A stretch of 63,728 bases of DNA, counting the filler, from Collodictyon triciliatum (taxonomy: Eukaryota), in the NCBI GenBank assembly GCA_043381765.1. It is 3 parts of 3 records of this genome, joined end to end, with 100 filler letters (N's around TTAATTAATTAA, not from the genome) between each part and the next. Parts side by side here need not be neighbours in the genome. Positions count along the whole stretch, not along the records: positions 38,160 to 63,728 come from JBHJMP010000998.1; 2 more parts are not named here. The stretch is one strand, 5' to 3'. The notes under the pieces were generated by a model, which worked only from the letters and a program-made list of their open reading frames with translations, did no database searches and was not told where the DNA came from. The first letter of the stretch is position 1, and each line of letters begins with the position of its first letter. This document shows positions 38,474 to 57,462 of this stretch, piece after piece. The translations under genes and the position numbers were made by a program.

Positions 38474-40786
38474 ATGAGCAGCACCTGCCCGCTGGAAGGA
38501 CAGATCCTTGGCGAGCATGACTCCGGGGCACAGTTTGTGCTTGGGCCTGTTCTTGGGCGCGGCTCCTTTGGCGAGGTGCGGTCGGCAGAACGCCTGAGCG
38601 ACGGACTGAGTGTGGCCATCAAACTTCAAGAGATCGTTGACGGTGAAGGGCGGCAAACCTTCTCTCATTTATCGAACGAACACGCGGTCATGTCTGTAAG
38701 TAGCTAGCCTAAGTGATAGGGTCATTTACAGATGTGTCTATTTGGTTATTATTTGGTTATTATTTGGTTATTATTTGGTTATTATTTGGTTATTATTTAG
38801 TTTTTTTTTTTGGTTTCTTTTTAGCAGTTAAGTTGTTATTTAGGTGTTCATTCATTTATCTATTTATCTGTTTATCTGTTTATCTGTTTATCTATTTATC
38901 TATTTATCTATTTATCTATTTAATCACATCATCTATTTATCTATTTATCTATTTATCTATTTATCTATTTATCTATTTATCTATTTATCTATTTATCTAT
39001 TTATCTATTTATCTATTTATCTATTTATCTATTTATCTATTTAATCACATCATCTATCTACCAGGCCCTCACTACCATGCAAGGCTTCCCCAAGGCCTAT
39101 GCTCTCAACACCACACAAAGCCACTTCTTCCTGGTGATGTCGCGGCTGGGGCCAAGTCTGCATGAAGTCTATGAAAAATGTGGCAATCGGTTTACTGTAA
39201 AAACAGTCACGTTGCTTTGTCTTCGATCTTTGGCACGCTTGGAAGCGCTGCACTCGAAAGGATTTGTCCACTGCGACATCAAACCAGAAAATTTTCTCAT
39301 AGGCTCTGGAAATGAAGCAAATAAATTGTTTTTGGTTGACTTTGGTCTCTCTTTTCGCTGGCTTTGTCACAACGGAAAACATATCCGCTACCGCGATGGC
39401 AAGCACGGCATCACAGGGACATTACGCTACTGCTCACTAAATGCTCATGCAGGAGTTGAACTCAGCCGGAGAGATGATCTCGAGTCGCTCCTGTACACGA
39501 TGATATTCCTGGCCAAAGGGCAACTTCCCTGGCAAGGCCAGACCGGCACGAAGGAGGAAAAACGTCTGAAGGTCTTTGAAAAGAAGAAATCCATTCCGTT
39601 GTCTGAGATATGTCGCGACTTACCTTTCCAATTCGTCAAGTGAGTTTTATCATTTCTACAATCATCATCATACTTATCATTATTAATTTTCTATATTTTC
39701 GCTCAACATATGATGTTTATATCGAACAAAACCTTTAAGTTTTAAAAAAACGCACATTTTTTTGGCAGGATTCTGGAATATATTCGTTCCCTGAAGTTTG
39801 ACTCAGCCCCGAACTATGATTACTGCAAAGATTTGATGAACCAGGCCCTTGCCAGTATTCACGCACGAGATGATGACGTTTTTGACTGGCTGACACCGGA
39901 AAGAGGTGTGATGGTTCACTTTATGCGCCCGAAGAGACCAATCGATGGAAATTCAGAGTATCAAGCGCCCTCCAAAAGGGTGAAGACATTCCGCCCAGAA
40001 GAGTTGCAAAAGACGCAATGGATTATCACAGTGACTCGAAATCACGATGGTCTTGTGCAAAAATCAGCCCGAGAGCATTCATACCAACACCTTGTCGAAT
40101 GGCTCAAGAAGAACGAATGGGGCAGCGACTCTGGGCTGTACATCACATCCATCATGCATTCGATGGAAGGAGAAGCCAATTCAATGTGGACGTGCATACT
40201 CTCGTCTAGCGCAACCTATATAGCACAACAAATCAAAAAATGTTCATCTCCGCTATCTGCTGAAGAGTGGGCCAAACGCAAAAGAGAGTCTGGCTATCAA
40301 GTGACATGCATTTCTGGACATGTCCAAAACTCTTGTGTGGTGGTTGTAATTTCCAGGACAAAGGAAGACCCACCTCAACAAGTGATGACTTTTGCAGAAG
40401 TTTTCCCTCGTATATGGATTGAGGCCCACTGGAAACTCGGCTACTACATTACTTCTCTTGGGAACGCTGGTGTCTACTGGTTAATTGTAATGTCCAAGAG
40501 TCCAGAAGTATACACGAGGCAATGGTTTCAAACATCCCACTCATATCCGGCCAAGTCCATCAAAGAAAGATGGGCAACTAGTTTCCGAATTACCTCAATT
40601 GCCTCCAAGGACAAACTATTTGCAGTTGTGATGTCTCAATTCCATGGTCGAGCTACGTCTCAGGGATACAACTGCAGCTACACATGGCCCCATGAATATG
40701 TTGAGGAGTCGCAGGCACAGAACAGATTTGTATCGTCTATAGCGTGGAAAATTGACGACGAGCGCAACTCTAAACAAGCATCATGA
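38474..40786 (+). CDS. Casein kinase 1-family kinase with MUT9-like/PPK-type C-terminal repeat domain, 3 exons, 604 aa
   Basis: Exons 38474-38695, 39065-39639 and 39769-40786 (1815 nt). GRGSFGEV, LGPSL, LHSKGFVHCDIKPENFL, GTLRYCSLNAH, SRRDDLESL, LPWQG. Tail: PSKRVK...TQWI, FPRIWIEAHWKLGYYITSL, WLIVMSK, YPAKSIKERWATSFRITSIAS, FAVVMS. Confidence 0.88.
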
Positions 40787-41299
40787 AACAAATCTCCTTC
40801 ATCCCTTTTGGTTGATAGTTTTTTCTTTTCAAGTCCAAATCAACTTTAAAAAATCCACCAAATATTCTATAGTAGGATTACTAAAGATACGTCACAACCA
40901 ATATATGATTCCTTGTGAATCGGAAAGACTACTATGCAAATTTCATTTTGTTCAGCTTTTCTCTTTGCGCCACCTTTTATCAATTGAGAGAACCACGTAA
41001 TCCTAACTATATAAAACTAATATTCACGGCTAATGATTTATTTATTTACTTTTTTACATTTCTGATTATTGCCTGAGTTGTGATTTGGATAAAGAAAATG
41101 GAAATGACACAATATTATGCGAGCTTCAATACTGTCGTTTATTTATCAATTTTTCTGGATGTTCTTGAGAAAACAACAGATTCTTTGCAAAATAACAAAT
41201 TTAATCAGAGATGAAATCAACCTGTTTGGTAAATATAAAGTAGGTAAACTTAAAGTCAGGTTAAAATATTCCATTGAAATTCCAGAGATAAGTATTATG

Positions 41300-42420
41300 G
41301 CTTTGGTTCGCTAGCCATCGTTTGCATGGACGCTACTTGGTGGCCGAGTGGCGGAGAAGTAGTCAGTAATCAGCAATTGCATCCTGCAGTTTGGCCTGTA
41401 GCCTGGGTCTTGTGCTTGCATGAGAGATACAAGGCGAGGTTTAATTTCTTTCTCAGCTTCTTTCCACATGTTTCTTTTCACAGGGTCTGAGCAATAAAGA
41501 ACGTGCTGGTGGCGAAGGGAGCTGTTGAGGAAAGAGATTTGTATGATGTCATTCAGCCTGTTATCAGGAGTGGGTGTCTGGTTGTTGAGTCTTGCTTTGC
41601 GTGAGTATATGCGCGCTATCCACATAGTCCATAGCAAATGGCCTCAGGTCACTGCCCAGAATGTTTTTGCCTCTGGACGCAGCTGTTGCAGAGGCCCAAA
41701 CATCGCCTGGATAGGACAAACAGCCGCAGCCGTCTTGAGCGTCATTCGAAGAATCTCGCCGGCTGTTTCGCGCAGGTTTTGAGCGAAGGGACATTGCACA
41801 AACGTGTGCTCAATGGATTCATCATTGTTGCTGCAAAGTGTGCATTGTTGCGAGACTTTGCCAGCTTTTGCCGCGCGTGTGCCTATCCATAGCTCCCTAT
41901 TGGTGATATGAAGCATCGGAGAGTGGTGATTTGGAAGGACTTGCGGGGTTCGTGCTTGTCTCCAGCTCGCGGTGAGCGGGGTGTGGGTGATGCCCAGTGT
42001 TTCTCCCCATCGCTGATGTTTCGCTTTTTGATAGGGTGTCGGTGGCGATATTTTGTATCGAAAGAATTTGGAGTAGGCCATAGCCACCGATAACTGAGTA
42101 GACTGCGCACCGTTAGACGAGTGTTCGTTCTTGAGGCGGAAAAAAAATGGCGACGGGATGTCGTATGAGATTGGTCTGCGTGAGCGCCATTTTCCTTTGT
42201 TATTCAGGACGGCTGTGGTTGGCTGTGCATCTTGTGTGCGGAATGTGGTGGAGCCTGGCGATGATGTATGAGCCGTCTTCTTTGAGTGAGATTTCTCTGA
42301 TGGTGGCCGCGTTGCCTTCGTGAACCTGTTTGATGATGCAGAAGCCATTTTGGTTGTCCCAGCATATTTGTCCTGCTGCCAATGGCTCGTTCAGGCTTAC
42401 TGTCATTTCGAAGGGATTAT
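41300..42420 (-). mobile_element. 5'-truncated non-LTR retrotransposon (L1/Tx1-like) ORF2 C-terminal remnant with zf-RVT motif
   Basis: CTLCSNNDESIEHTFVQCPFA...LLWTMWIAR (CxxC-x7-H-x4-C, then a WxxW-x2-R motif); one in-frame TGA at 41644-41646 and a likely frameshift; intronless and more GC-rich; second copy at 26345-27150. Confidence 0.82.
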
Positions 42421-42630
42421 ACAGAGTCTGTCAACGCGAGAGTAACGGCTCTGCAGTTCTCATCCCAGTGTGTATCCCTCTTGCAAGATATAACGTGTTT
42501 CATTATTCATTCTTTTCTTTTCATTTTATCTTCTCTTTTCTTCTTTTATCTGCCCTCTACCCTTTAAAAAGCATCACAGCGCTACGTGTGACGATATAAA
42601 AAAAAAATATGTCTCTTTCCTAATGCTATC

Positions 42631-42679
42631 AGTTTCGATTCCATCCATAAAGGAAAAAAAAGTTTCGATTCCATCCATA
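42631..42679 (+). mobile_element. Shortest micro-insertion (AAGGAAAAAAA, 11 bp) with 19 bp duplication
   Basis: agtttcgattccatccata at 42631-42649 and 42661-42679; the junction reads ATAAAGGAAAAAAA. Confidence 0.6.
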
Positions 42680-42739
42680 CGTTTTGTAGTGTGGATTTAT
42701 CCAATCATTAGACTGACAGGCGCGTGTCCTTCGCCATTC

Positions 42740-45576
42740 TTATTCAGCGACGCACGCCAGTGATGTGACGACGGTGACGGTGTATTGGCATTTTAGCCCG
42801 TCATATGAATATGCCATCTAAATAATGACCGACGCGATAAGGGTTGTTCGTGTTTTATAATAAAATACACATGAAGTTTGTACACTAAATCTGTTTTTTT
42901 TTTAAAAAAAAAATTGGTGGTGTATTTTATTAAAGCAGAGAAAATAAGCAATTACCGGAAGTGGTTCGCTTGGAGTGCGATTTGACCCACACACAAACTT
43001 GTAGTTAAGCGTTGGGCTGGGAGAGCAGGCAGTCCCGCCGTACTTGTACTGGAGTAGGATACCATCACGCGGTGAACCTCCTACAATGATTGCCATCGTA
43101 TGCGATGTTAAGGAAAAGGTGGATTTCTATGAGAGGAAAATGTGGGAATGAGTCTCCTCATATCAGGTTGAGGTATCAATAGATTAGACACGGCCAATAC
43201 GGAGAAAGTCATCCAAAATCCGAGGGGCTTAGACATAATTTAACTTTCTTTCTTAACAATATTCTGAGCCATAAGATCATCATCAGAAAAAGAAATGTAC
43301 CATTCACATAGCTAAATGACGGTGATTTCATGAGAGCGATAGAGCGGCAAGAATTCAGGTATTCAAACCCAGCATAGCTATTTATTAGAATGGTATTTAT
43401 GACTAAATTCTAGAGATTTAATACAATCCCCCATTAATCATTCGAATAATTACGAAAAGAATATCTTTTAAACGTAAGAAAAAATGCGATAAATGTGATA
43501 AATGCAAGGCGCTGATTGTATTTATATAAGTCCAGCGATAAGAAAGTATAAAATCCTATATTACCTTGGCTGTGTACAAGTAGTGGACACAACATCAGTG
43601 CAGAAGTTGACAAAATACTTGTAATTGGTAGAGTCTGCTGCGGTATAGAAACTCCTGAAGTAAAAGATTGCACAGTTTACTAGAATCTTACGTATTTTCT
43701 TTACCATTACATGCATCCTATGAATCGATAACTCTGCAATAGTGCATAGTAGTTAATTTACCCTCTTTTTGCTAAAGTAGAGAAATCCCACTGTAGCCCG
43801 TCAGGGGCTGCCCATGTACACTTTACAATATTAATGTTAGCCGATTAAAAAAAGAGGGTTTCCTTTGCCCAGATCCATGACTTCTGGATTCCTTGTTTTT
43901 ATACATTAGAATAATGCAAAAATTTCATATTTGATTGGAAGATATGAAAACTTTTTAAAAAAAACTTTTACAAATAACTCATAGAAAGAGGAATCTTAAC
44001 CTTGGTGTCGGGGTAAGGAGTAAGGCCTGATTTCAATTTAAAAATGCATTGTTATCTCCTTTTGTGAATGGAAAACTATCGAGAGTATGAATATTTGACT
44101 TATTGAGAAAAAGAAAATCACTTGGCGAGGGAGGGCTTGTTTGAACAGCGCATGCATATTTCGTGGTCAACCCAGCAACGAGGTAGTATGGGTAAATATA
44201 CTTAACCTTCATTTTGTTTAAAAAAAAGTTATGGTGACACTATTTTAAGTACCAACATTCATCAGACGGGGAAAAAAATCTTAAAAAACTAAGGAGAAAG
44301 CCATTTTTATCAAAAAATGTAAATCACAAACATATGATTATTTAGTATCGGGTATAGGATTAGACAGTAAGCATTTCAATATACAAGCCAATCAATTAAA
44401 TGCGTATCACTACCGTGAAAGGCTCTGTGGGGTATTCATTAGTGCCACACATCAGTTCGTACTTGATGTACATTCCATTTCTACCATAAAATCGAACAAC
44501 TATTCCGGCTGTGTCGTCGTTTCCTAGAGCATATAAATGTTGAGCACAGTTCTTCTCTCATCCCTAAAATTAGAGTAAGTAATGTAGGAGTATATGAATA
44601 GAATGGTTATCGGTCTCTTGAAGGTATTCTTGAATGGTCTAGCTAAAAGCTTTCAGTGGCAACACATATTCAAGGCTATATATTTACCGTATTTGAAGCT
44701 GAAGGATGGTGGTGCGTCTGCTGGAGCGATGGACTTGCAACCTTCTGACGTAATCTCCCACGCCACGGAGCTTCGGTTGAAGGCATAGTAAAGATAGAGA
44801 ATGTATATTAATGAGCCATATTTTATTGGATGTTTACATCTGGGATTATGCTACACAGTAACTGCTCATAATCCTTGGATACACATAACAAAGGTCTTTT
44901 ATATAGCTGACTGAACAGAGCATAAAACTCCATCACAAAGCCGTACTCAATTTGTCCCGTGCAGCTGGATGTTACGGCGGCTGTGCAGAAATTAAGCGCA
45001 TAGGTGAATGTGCTTCCAGCAAACCCTGTATATTTCCCACTAGATGGTGGATGTCAAAGAAAGTGCATATAAGCAGCAGTGATAGCGAGGACACATGAAA
45101 AAGCGTAGCGGTAGAGAATGGTGATGCTGAAATATGCCTTTTTTTTTAAAAGTGTGGTTAATTAAACCCATCCTCATAATTAAATAGAGGAGAACGTAGT
45201 GACATCTATATAGCCCTTTATATGGGTTTGCTCTCATGTACTTTGAATAGAATAAAAGGTGAAAATAACATCTAGAAAGTACTCAATATAGAAAAAAAAA
45301 AAAGAGCGCACTCAACGATATGGACATATTAGAATGAAAAAGTAAAGTAGGTTGACTCAAACTTGTATATCTACAATAAAAAGTACTTTGCTCTGGGAAA
45401 AAAAAAAGGGAAAAGGGAAGACTGAACCGGAGGACTCACCCGATTCGCGCCAGGGGCAGAAGGTCATATGTCTTGCCGTTTGGTGCGCGCCAATAACAAG
45501 AAACTTGTCCGCGCACAAGTGCGTCGCTGCACACAAAGCACAACACGACAAGGACAACAGAGGCAAAGTAATTCAT
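42740..45576 (-). CDS. Secreted protein with two mannose-6-phosphate-receptor-homology (MRH)-like domains; multi-exon
   Basis: Signal peptide MNYFASVVLVVLCFVCSDA. Repeat 1: CYWRAPNGKTYDLLPL, YALNFC, GIVVRF, YELMC, TTKYAC. Repeat 2: CTWAAPDGLQWDFSTL, YFVNFC, GILLQY.GGTAC, YKFVC, CQYTVTVVTSLAC, then stop. Confidence 0.75.
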
Positions 45577-46516
45577 GTCTGGATTGATTATCAGTGAGGG
45601 CCCTTAGCGAAGCAAAACAATGCGCAACATTCCACAGACAACAAGCACAAGGCTCCCAAGTAGTTTGGGGGGAAGATGAAGAAACGAAAGAAAAAGAGAA
45701 GGAAAAGGAAAATTAAAAAAGAAAAAGAGAGAAAAAAACAGAAAAGAAAAAGTGGGGTGATTGATAATTGCAAGGGAGAATCACCAAAGGTCACCACTTT
45801 TGATCAGCGCCCGCACGAGAGAACCTTCGCGCGACTTTGTCAGGGACACTCAATCGATCCGCCCCATTCTGATCCGCGAATCAAAACTCAGATCCTGGGC
45901 TCGTTCTCACCTGACATACTCGACAAAGGCGATGTTGGTGTGGCTGGGAATGCCAGAAAAGGATATAGAGAAACTCCGAATCGTGTTTATTTTTCACTTG
46001 TGGAAAATATGACTTCACATACGTAAATCTATTAATAAGTAATATAAGGGCTTCTATAATCGTAATTGATATTACAATAATAATAAAATATAATATAAAA
46101 ATATTCTTCAACAAGTTCTAATTTCTGAATCGTGAGCCTTCTACATAACTGGAATCGACTCTGAGGATCGAAATAGCGTCCGTAGCACTGTGGTCTAATT
46201 AAATCAGCAAAAACTAATCAAATCACAAAATCTACAAATCTACAAGCAAACGAACAAATAGACGAGAAGACGCTGAAGCATGTTGCGTGATAATCCGATC
46301 GACTGGGGGGCAGAGTTGCGTAAGTCTCTGTCCCCAAAGATATGCCAGAAAGTGTAATTAATGGCGTTGAGGAATCTCACCAAGGTCTCAGTCTTCTATC
46401 TAAAGAAGGGTTTTAGATCTGACCGCATACGGACGAAGCTCGATAAGCTGAGAGGTTACCTTGAGTGCCTCTGGCAAACCAATCTCACCCGTTTTACTTT
46501 GCAGTGCGATCGGAGA

Positions 46517-51605
<5,089 letters not shown>

Positions 51606-52411
51606 TAAACAATCAATCAACCATCAATCAACCATCAATCAACCAATCAATCAACCAACAATCAACCAACCATCAATCAACCATCAATCAAAAATCAAAC
51701 AATCAACCAACAACCAACAATCAATCAACCGAAGGAATTAGCAGGAGGCTAGCTACACGAGCATGACTCGTCAAACACTGGGTGAGATGATACGACATGA
51801 CCTTTTCTCTCCATCTCTATTTTTATTTCTTTATATCTAAAATTTTAATGTTCAAGAGCAGATTGAAAAGGACTCTAGAGACAAAGTAATCATGTACTTT
51901 ATTACAAGGATGTTTGGTGGGTGACGGGGGGTTTTTTTTTCTGGGTTGAAAAAGATTTGTACCAAAAGTGAATGAAATAGATTGGTTTTGTCAAAGGACG
52001 TGATGAGGAGCAGAGGTTGAATAATTAATTGGGCAAATAGAGCGAGAAAAGGAAAGCAAGAAAAGTCTAGTCGAAGCAGTGATAAATATGTGATGTGGCA
52101 GGAGGCGAATCTGCAGCAGCCCATCATATGAACTCGTTTTCATCTATGTAATCCCTATTTTATTCCGTTTGGTATGTATATTATATTTAGAACCAAAAAA
52201 AAAAAAGCAAAACAAATTAAAATTCATGTACTCCAATCGAGGTAATTGACAAAAGGAAAACAGGCATAGTCATTTGGTTCAATTCAAAGTAATATTGCTG
52301 GCAATATCAAATTGCATTCATTTGTTTTTTAAGTGCAGCTTTGGTTGGGATGATACATGCATATATGATGTTATATCATTACAAACATTTATTTTTATTT
52401 TTTTTAGCTAT

Positions 52412-55400
52412 CTATGAACGTAATGAAAGTATTACAGCGTTCGTGGTTGTATACGAGTCTGCTGTCTTTGTGTCTCGGACGTGTTCTGTGTTGCAGGTGG
52501 TTCGCCCTTCTCGGCTGTGGAAGATTACCGAGTATAATGCTCGCGTGAGTATGTTTGATCGAATGGTGATGCAACAAGGTGTGCAATATTATATTTTGAT
52601 TGTCCTCTTTGAAGTCATTTTCGACTCTTTTGAGGGGCACCTCTTTGCAGCACGAAGCTGCTGTTGTCATACACTTGAGATTCTCCCGAGTCCATGTAGC
52701 TGAGGACTCTCGACGTCGGCGCATCTTGCTCAACTATCCTCCTTTTTCGCATGCTAGCATAAATTTACATGTAATAAGGTCATGTATTTATAAGAAGCGA
52801 AGAAACAGGGGAATCATGCATTCAGGTGTATGCGTTGTTATTTGTGCCATACACATGCTGCGGCTGACCACTGACGGAGATGGAATCGTCTATTGGGTTC
52901 GTTAATGAAAGTTTGTGAATAGATTAAATTCATAATTTCACTATGAATTTGTAGCAGATGATTTTGTATTTTAAGAAAAGCTTTTAGTTTTAATGGCAAA
53001 AGTAGAGAAAATTATGGAATTGACGGGAAAAAAGAAGGAACTCGAACCCATATGCGAGGATATAGGCTGTGGATATCTTTCTCCGTGCTGGTACTAAATT
53101 CAACATCGGGATGTAGTTTAATCGCATGGTAAATCACTTAACGTTAAGAAAAAAGAAAAAAAGAAAAGAAAAGAAAAGAAAAGAAAAAGGAAAAAGAAAA
53201 AAGAAAAGAAAAAGGAAAAAGAAAAAAGAAAAGGAGAAAAAAGGAAAAAAAGAAAAGAAAAAGAGAGATAGAAAAAGAGAGATAGAAAAAGAGAGATAGA
53301 AAAAGAGAGATAGAAGAGCTTACCGCATGGACGGTCGTAGAACCAAGCGTAGCCATGGATACTGTATGCTCCGATGAAATCGCAACCGACCTTGTGCCCG
53401 AGTGTGTTGCGGGTATGTAGGAAAGTGGCTTGTGTTGTGCGATGTGGGGATGTGATGGCATTTGTCGTACTCGGTTTGCATACGAAGTGCTTTGCGATGG
53501 ACCTAATGAAGAAGCCGTGTCCGCTAAATGGCCTCCTGGGATTACTGGTCGATTCGCAGTCGACCGAGGTCGGCTCTGTCGAGAATGATACCATAACTTT
53601 CAGAAAAAAATTAAAATAATTTGGAATCTGAATAATTTGCATGGTATATTTATTCGTATGATATCGGTGGACTAACTGTAATAACGTATCCCTCAGGTAA
53701 GCTGTCCATTTTTCCTAAACCATATTTTCAATTAGGACATGAAACTAATCAGCGAATGGCCAAGAAAAGCCGAACCAACCATAATGATTTTTTTAATTGC
53801 TCACCGTTGGCAAACATATGTTCGCTAATCTGATGTTTGCATGGATGTGTGTTGAAATCGGGTATTACGTGAGCTGAATTAGAAATGATACTAATTTTCT
53901 AATATATATTTCTGAGGAAGAGATATCATTAAAAATTCGCATACTTCATCAGGAATAGGCCCAACTTGGATATACTGAGAGACGTGCTCGTCTGAAGGAA
54001 TCCCAACCTTTGGTTATATTGAGATGAGTGAAAGTAGAAATGGTAAAGAGATATCCTTTATATTTCAAAAGAATTTTATGATTAAGCTATTATCTCCAAA
54101 AAAAAAAATAGAACCATACTTTCTGAATCGATACAACCCTGTGATGTGGCGGTTGACTATTAATATTATACATATTTAATATCCAGCGAAGTCTGTGCAT
54201 GCATTCATTCATTTTTTAGATTATATAAAGAAATACATGTTTTCCAAGGATTGAGAATGCCGATGACGCACAGTCTGAATTATTTTGAACTAAAATCAAT
54301 ACTTCGCTGGTGGGTAGATTAAAGCATGAATATAAGATACACACTTCAGTTCACCTGTGTATTGAAAGGAGACACATGTTCGTCGAGGTAATGATAAGAT
54401 TGAGATGGGCACGATTCCTGTGGATTAAAATATTTTTAACTGAGTAAAAAACAGTCAAATATATACTTTTTTTTGAAAAAAAATAGAAAAAAAGGAAACG
54501 AGGTTTACATCATATCCACGAGATGATATGCTTGGTCTTTCTTTGGAGACTACAAAGTGAATTGAAATGTTTCCATCACTAACAAGATCAATAGATATTC
54601 TCGAGATTGAATCTAAAGGTCTTCAATAAAATTGGATTGCATTGCGATATACTTGGGAGCTAGGCGCATACCATGGGTGACTTTGACAGTATTTGAATAC
54701 ATTTGGTTTGTATAAGCATCCACAGAGACTGAAGTCTCTCCGTATGGGGCGTGGGGGCTGCGATGTGGAAAGGATTCCATGTCTGCGTAGCGAAGATTAG
54801 AGCCAGTTTGGACATCGATATTGGGTTCTGAAATGGTGACGACCGCACGCGGAGCTTTATGAGGTTTTGGAAAGAAATGTTGAACTTTGATATCTCAATC
54901 ACCGTTTTGATGGGGAAAGCAAGTATATCGAGATTAACTTTATTAAATTTCATTTACCTCGAGGCACGAAGGCAACAGAGCTTTGACTCTATTCGTGTAA
55001 GGGTGCCGTTATATATTATTCACACAGTTGTTATAATTTTTCATTAAAAAATCTGGAAAAATATTCACAGGACGTTTAAAAAAGTATTTAGTACAACAAG
55101 AATAAGGCATACGGCTAACGGTGCGTGTTGGTCATTCTTTGGATTGAGGGTAGCAGTTTTGGTCTTGTGTAGACTGTGGCTATGATTCGTCTCTGAAGCG
55201 GCTGTGTGTTGCAGTGATGGTGACTTGGAAGAAATTACATGCGTTTGTTTGGGGACGGCAAAAGGCGGAGCAGCTGCAGAGGTGTTTGCCTGATTCTGAA
55301 GGCAGTCCAACGAGTCCTTACGGATTAGGGAGATTCATATTAATAATTATGCGGGTATGCTTCAGTCTGATGGTGAGCGAATTAAAAAAAAAAATAGCAG

Positions 55401-56240
55401 AATGTAAATGACTTGATCCAGAAAAACTTTCAGGTTCTGCTTTCAATTCCATTTATTTAGATTTTTTTCTCTTTTTACCCGAAAGGAGGCGAACGGATTC
55501 TTTAGAGATGGAGACACTCCCTTCTTTGTGTAAAAGATTTCCCAAAAGATTGACCACCATTCAAGAAGAAATCCGCTCGGAATATCGCTTGGTATCGACT
55601 CCTTTGATATATACAAATATCATAAGAATGAAAATATATTTGAAAATAGTTTGTAGTTTAATAATCATAATAATCACGAGTATGTGATTAAGCTCAATAA
55701 GGGAGTCTAAGTAAAATACCTGAGAAAAGCTGGATGACTGCAACATAACCCGAGCAGCCATCTCAAACTTGTTCTTCATCAGATAGTCGATGATGTACAA
55801 TTGAAGCCTTCGTTTCAAACAGCAGAAAGGTAAAATAAAGTAAGTGTACATGCAACAAAAGGACCCAGCCCTGTCAATAGAGCTCATCATTTCTATTATG
55901 CGACGAACAGAGTCAACATGAAATGGCTGCTCAAAAACATACCGACTATGAGAAATATACAAAAGATGAAATGGGAAGATAAACAATAGGCATCTTTGAG
56001 CCCTGTGAATAAAGATGCTGGATATAATCTGCGCGACCCAAACGCGAGAGTTTGAGTTTAGAGCAAAAAGAAAAAAGAAAAAAGAAAAAAGAAAAAAGAA
56101 AAAAGAAAAAAGAAAAAAGAAAAAAGAAAAAAGAAAAAGGAAAAGGAAAAGGCATCATGCACTGACATTTTTTCAGCTTCGCTCTGAGGCTGAATGGAGC
56201 CTTGTTCAGAGAAGATCGGGGCCGGGCGAGCAGGTTGCAT
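52412..56240 (-). CDS. LisH/LUFS-domain protein (SSDP/LEUNIG/Flo8-type N-terminus) with unrecognised C-terminal region; boundaries approximate
   Basis: RLQLYIIDYLMKNKFEMAA (LisH, ~55750-55810), next exon DIPSGFLLEWWSIFWEIF (~55530-55587), then a P/S/Q-rich region. Confidence 0.65.
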
Positions 56241-57360
56241 CAAACAAACGTGCGGAGGCCGAAAAGAAGCGCAGCCTTTTTTCACTGACTCCCAAATAAC
56301 TGCAAAGAAACCCTCGTTAGAGAGATGACCATCGAAGAGAATGCAGCGCGCATATGTGTCAGGGGAAAGAATACATGCGAGGGACAAAGGAGGGCAGGAA
56401 AAGGGACTGAGTCATGCAACAATGAAACACTCGCTCGGAGGCGAATATGCAAAAGTGTGCTTTGGTTGACCGCAGAGTTATGACTGCTTCGTACTATTTT
56501 GGTATTTATATCTCTGGCTTTGTAAACTCAATATCTGGGAGCGTAACAACACATCAATTCGATTGATTCATATGTCTTGTTCTTTTTTCTTCTTTTCTTT
56601 TTTTTTAAAGGGAAACGTGAGTAAAAGATAATGGCAACATTAACTGCCCTTATTGACAGATTTTCTTGGCAACCACAGATTCATCACCACTTAAGCAGGG
56701 TTCAGATACAAATGATGATGTGCGTTGGTATGATTGAGAATCGGGTTTAGTTGCAAAGCGGGGTGGGATTAATCAAAAGGTGCTGCATCACGTAAGATAG
56801 AGCAATTGGGAGAATTCATTCGGGTGATTTAGAGTGATTGTCTTTCATTTGAATTTTTTTTTCATATCAATATGAAGACTTAAACAAGGTAGACACGAGC
56901 TTCCTTTCACAAGCAGGGGATTGGGCGGGCTCATTGTATGCTTTTGGGGGAATATATATATAATAGTTGACAGAATGGATGCAAATCAGATGAAAGAAAA
57001 GCAGCAGATGTAATGAATTGGGGTAATGGAAGTCGCCGTCACCAATTGTAATTACACGTGTGTACTGCCAGTGAATATTTTGTCAGTGGAAGGTTAATAG
57101 GGAGTGCTTGTGTGCGTGGGCAACAAAAGCAAAAGGAAAGGAAAGGAAAGTGATTATGTGAAAGATTTTATGATACTGTGCATCTATGATAATGCTTTGA
57201 GCGAATTATCAACCTTCAGAAAACACTTTCAACTGCTCATAGAGGTTGATAGAAAACATACAATCAATTGGTTCAGAATCGAACTTCCAAGAATAAAAGT
57301 AAATAAGAGCAACCCCTGGTTGTTTGTACATGCTTGTTCGCTTTTGAGGTTTCTGAATCC

Positions 57361-57462
<102 letters not shown>

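Noticed and set aside
45240-45262. Further diverged matches to the micro-insertion motif (also ~5419, ~17100, ~25960, ~36964)
   Set aside because: No clear TSD, so they were not counted as insertions
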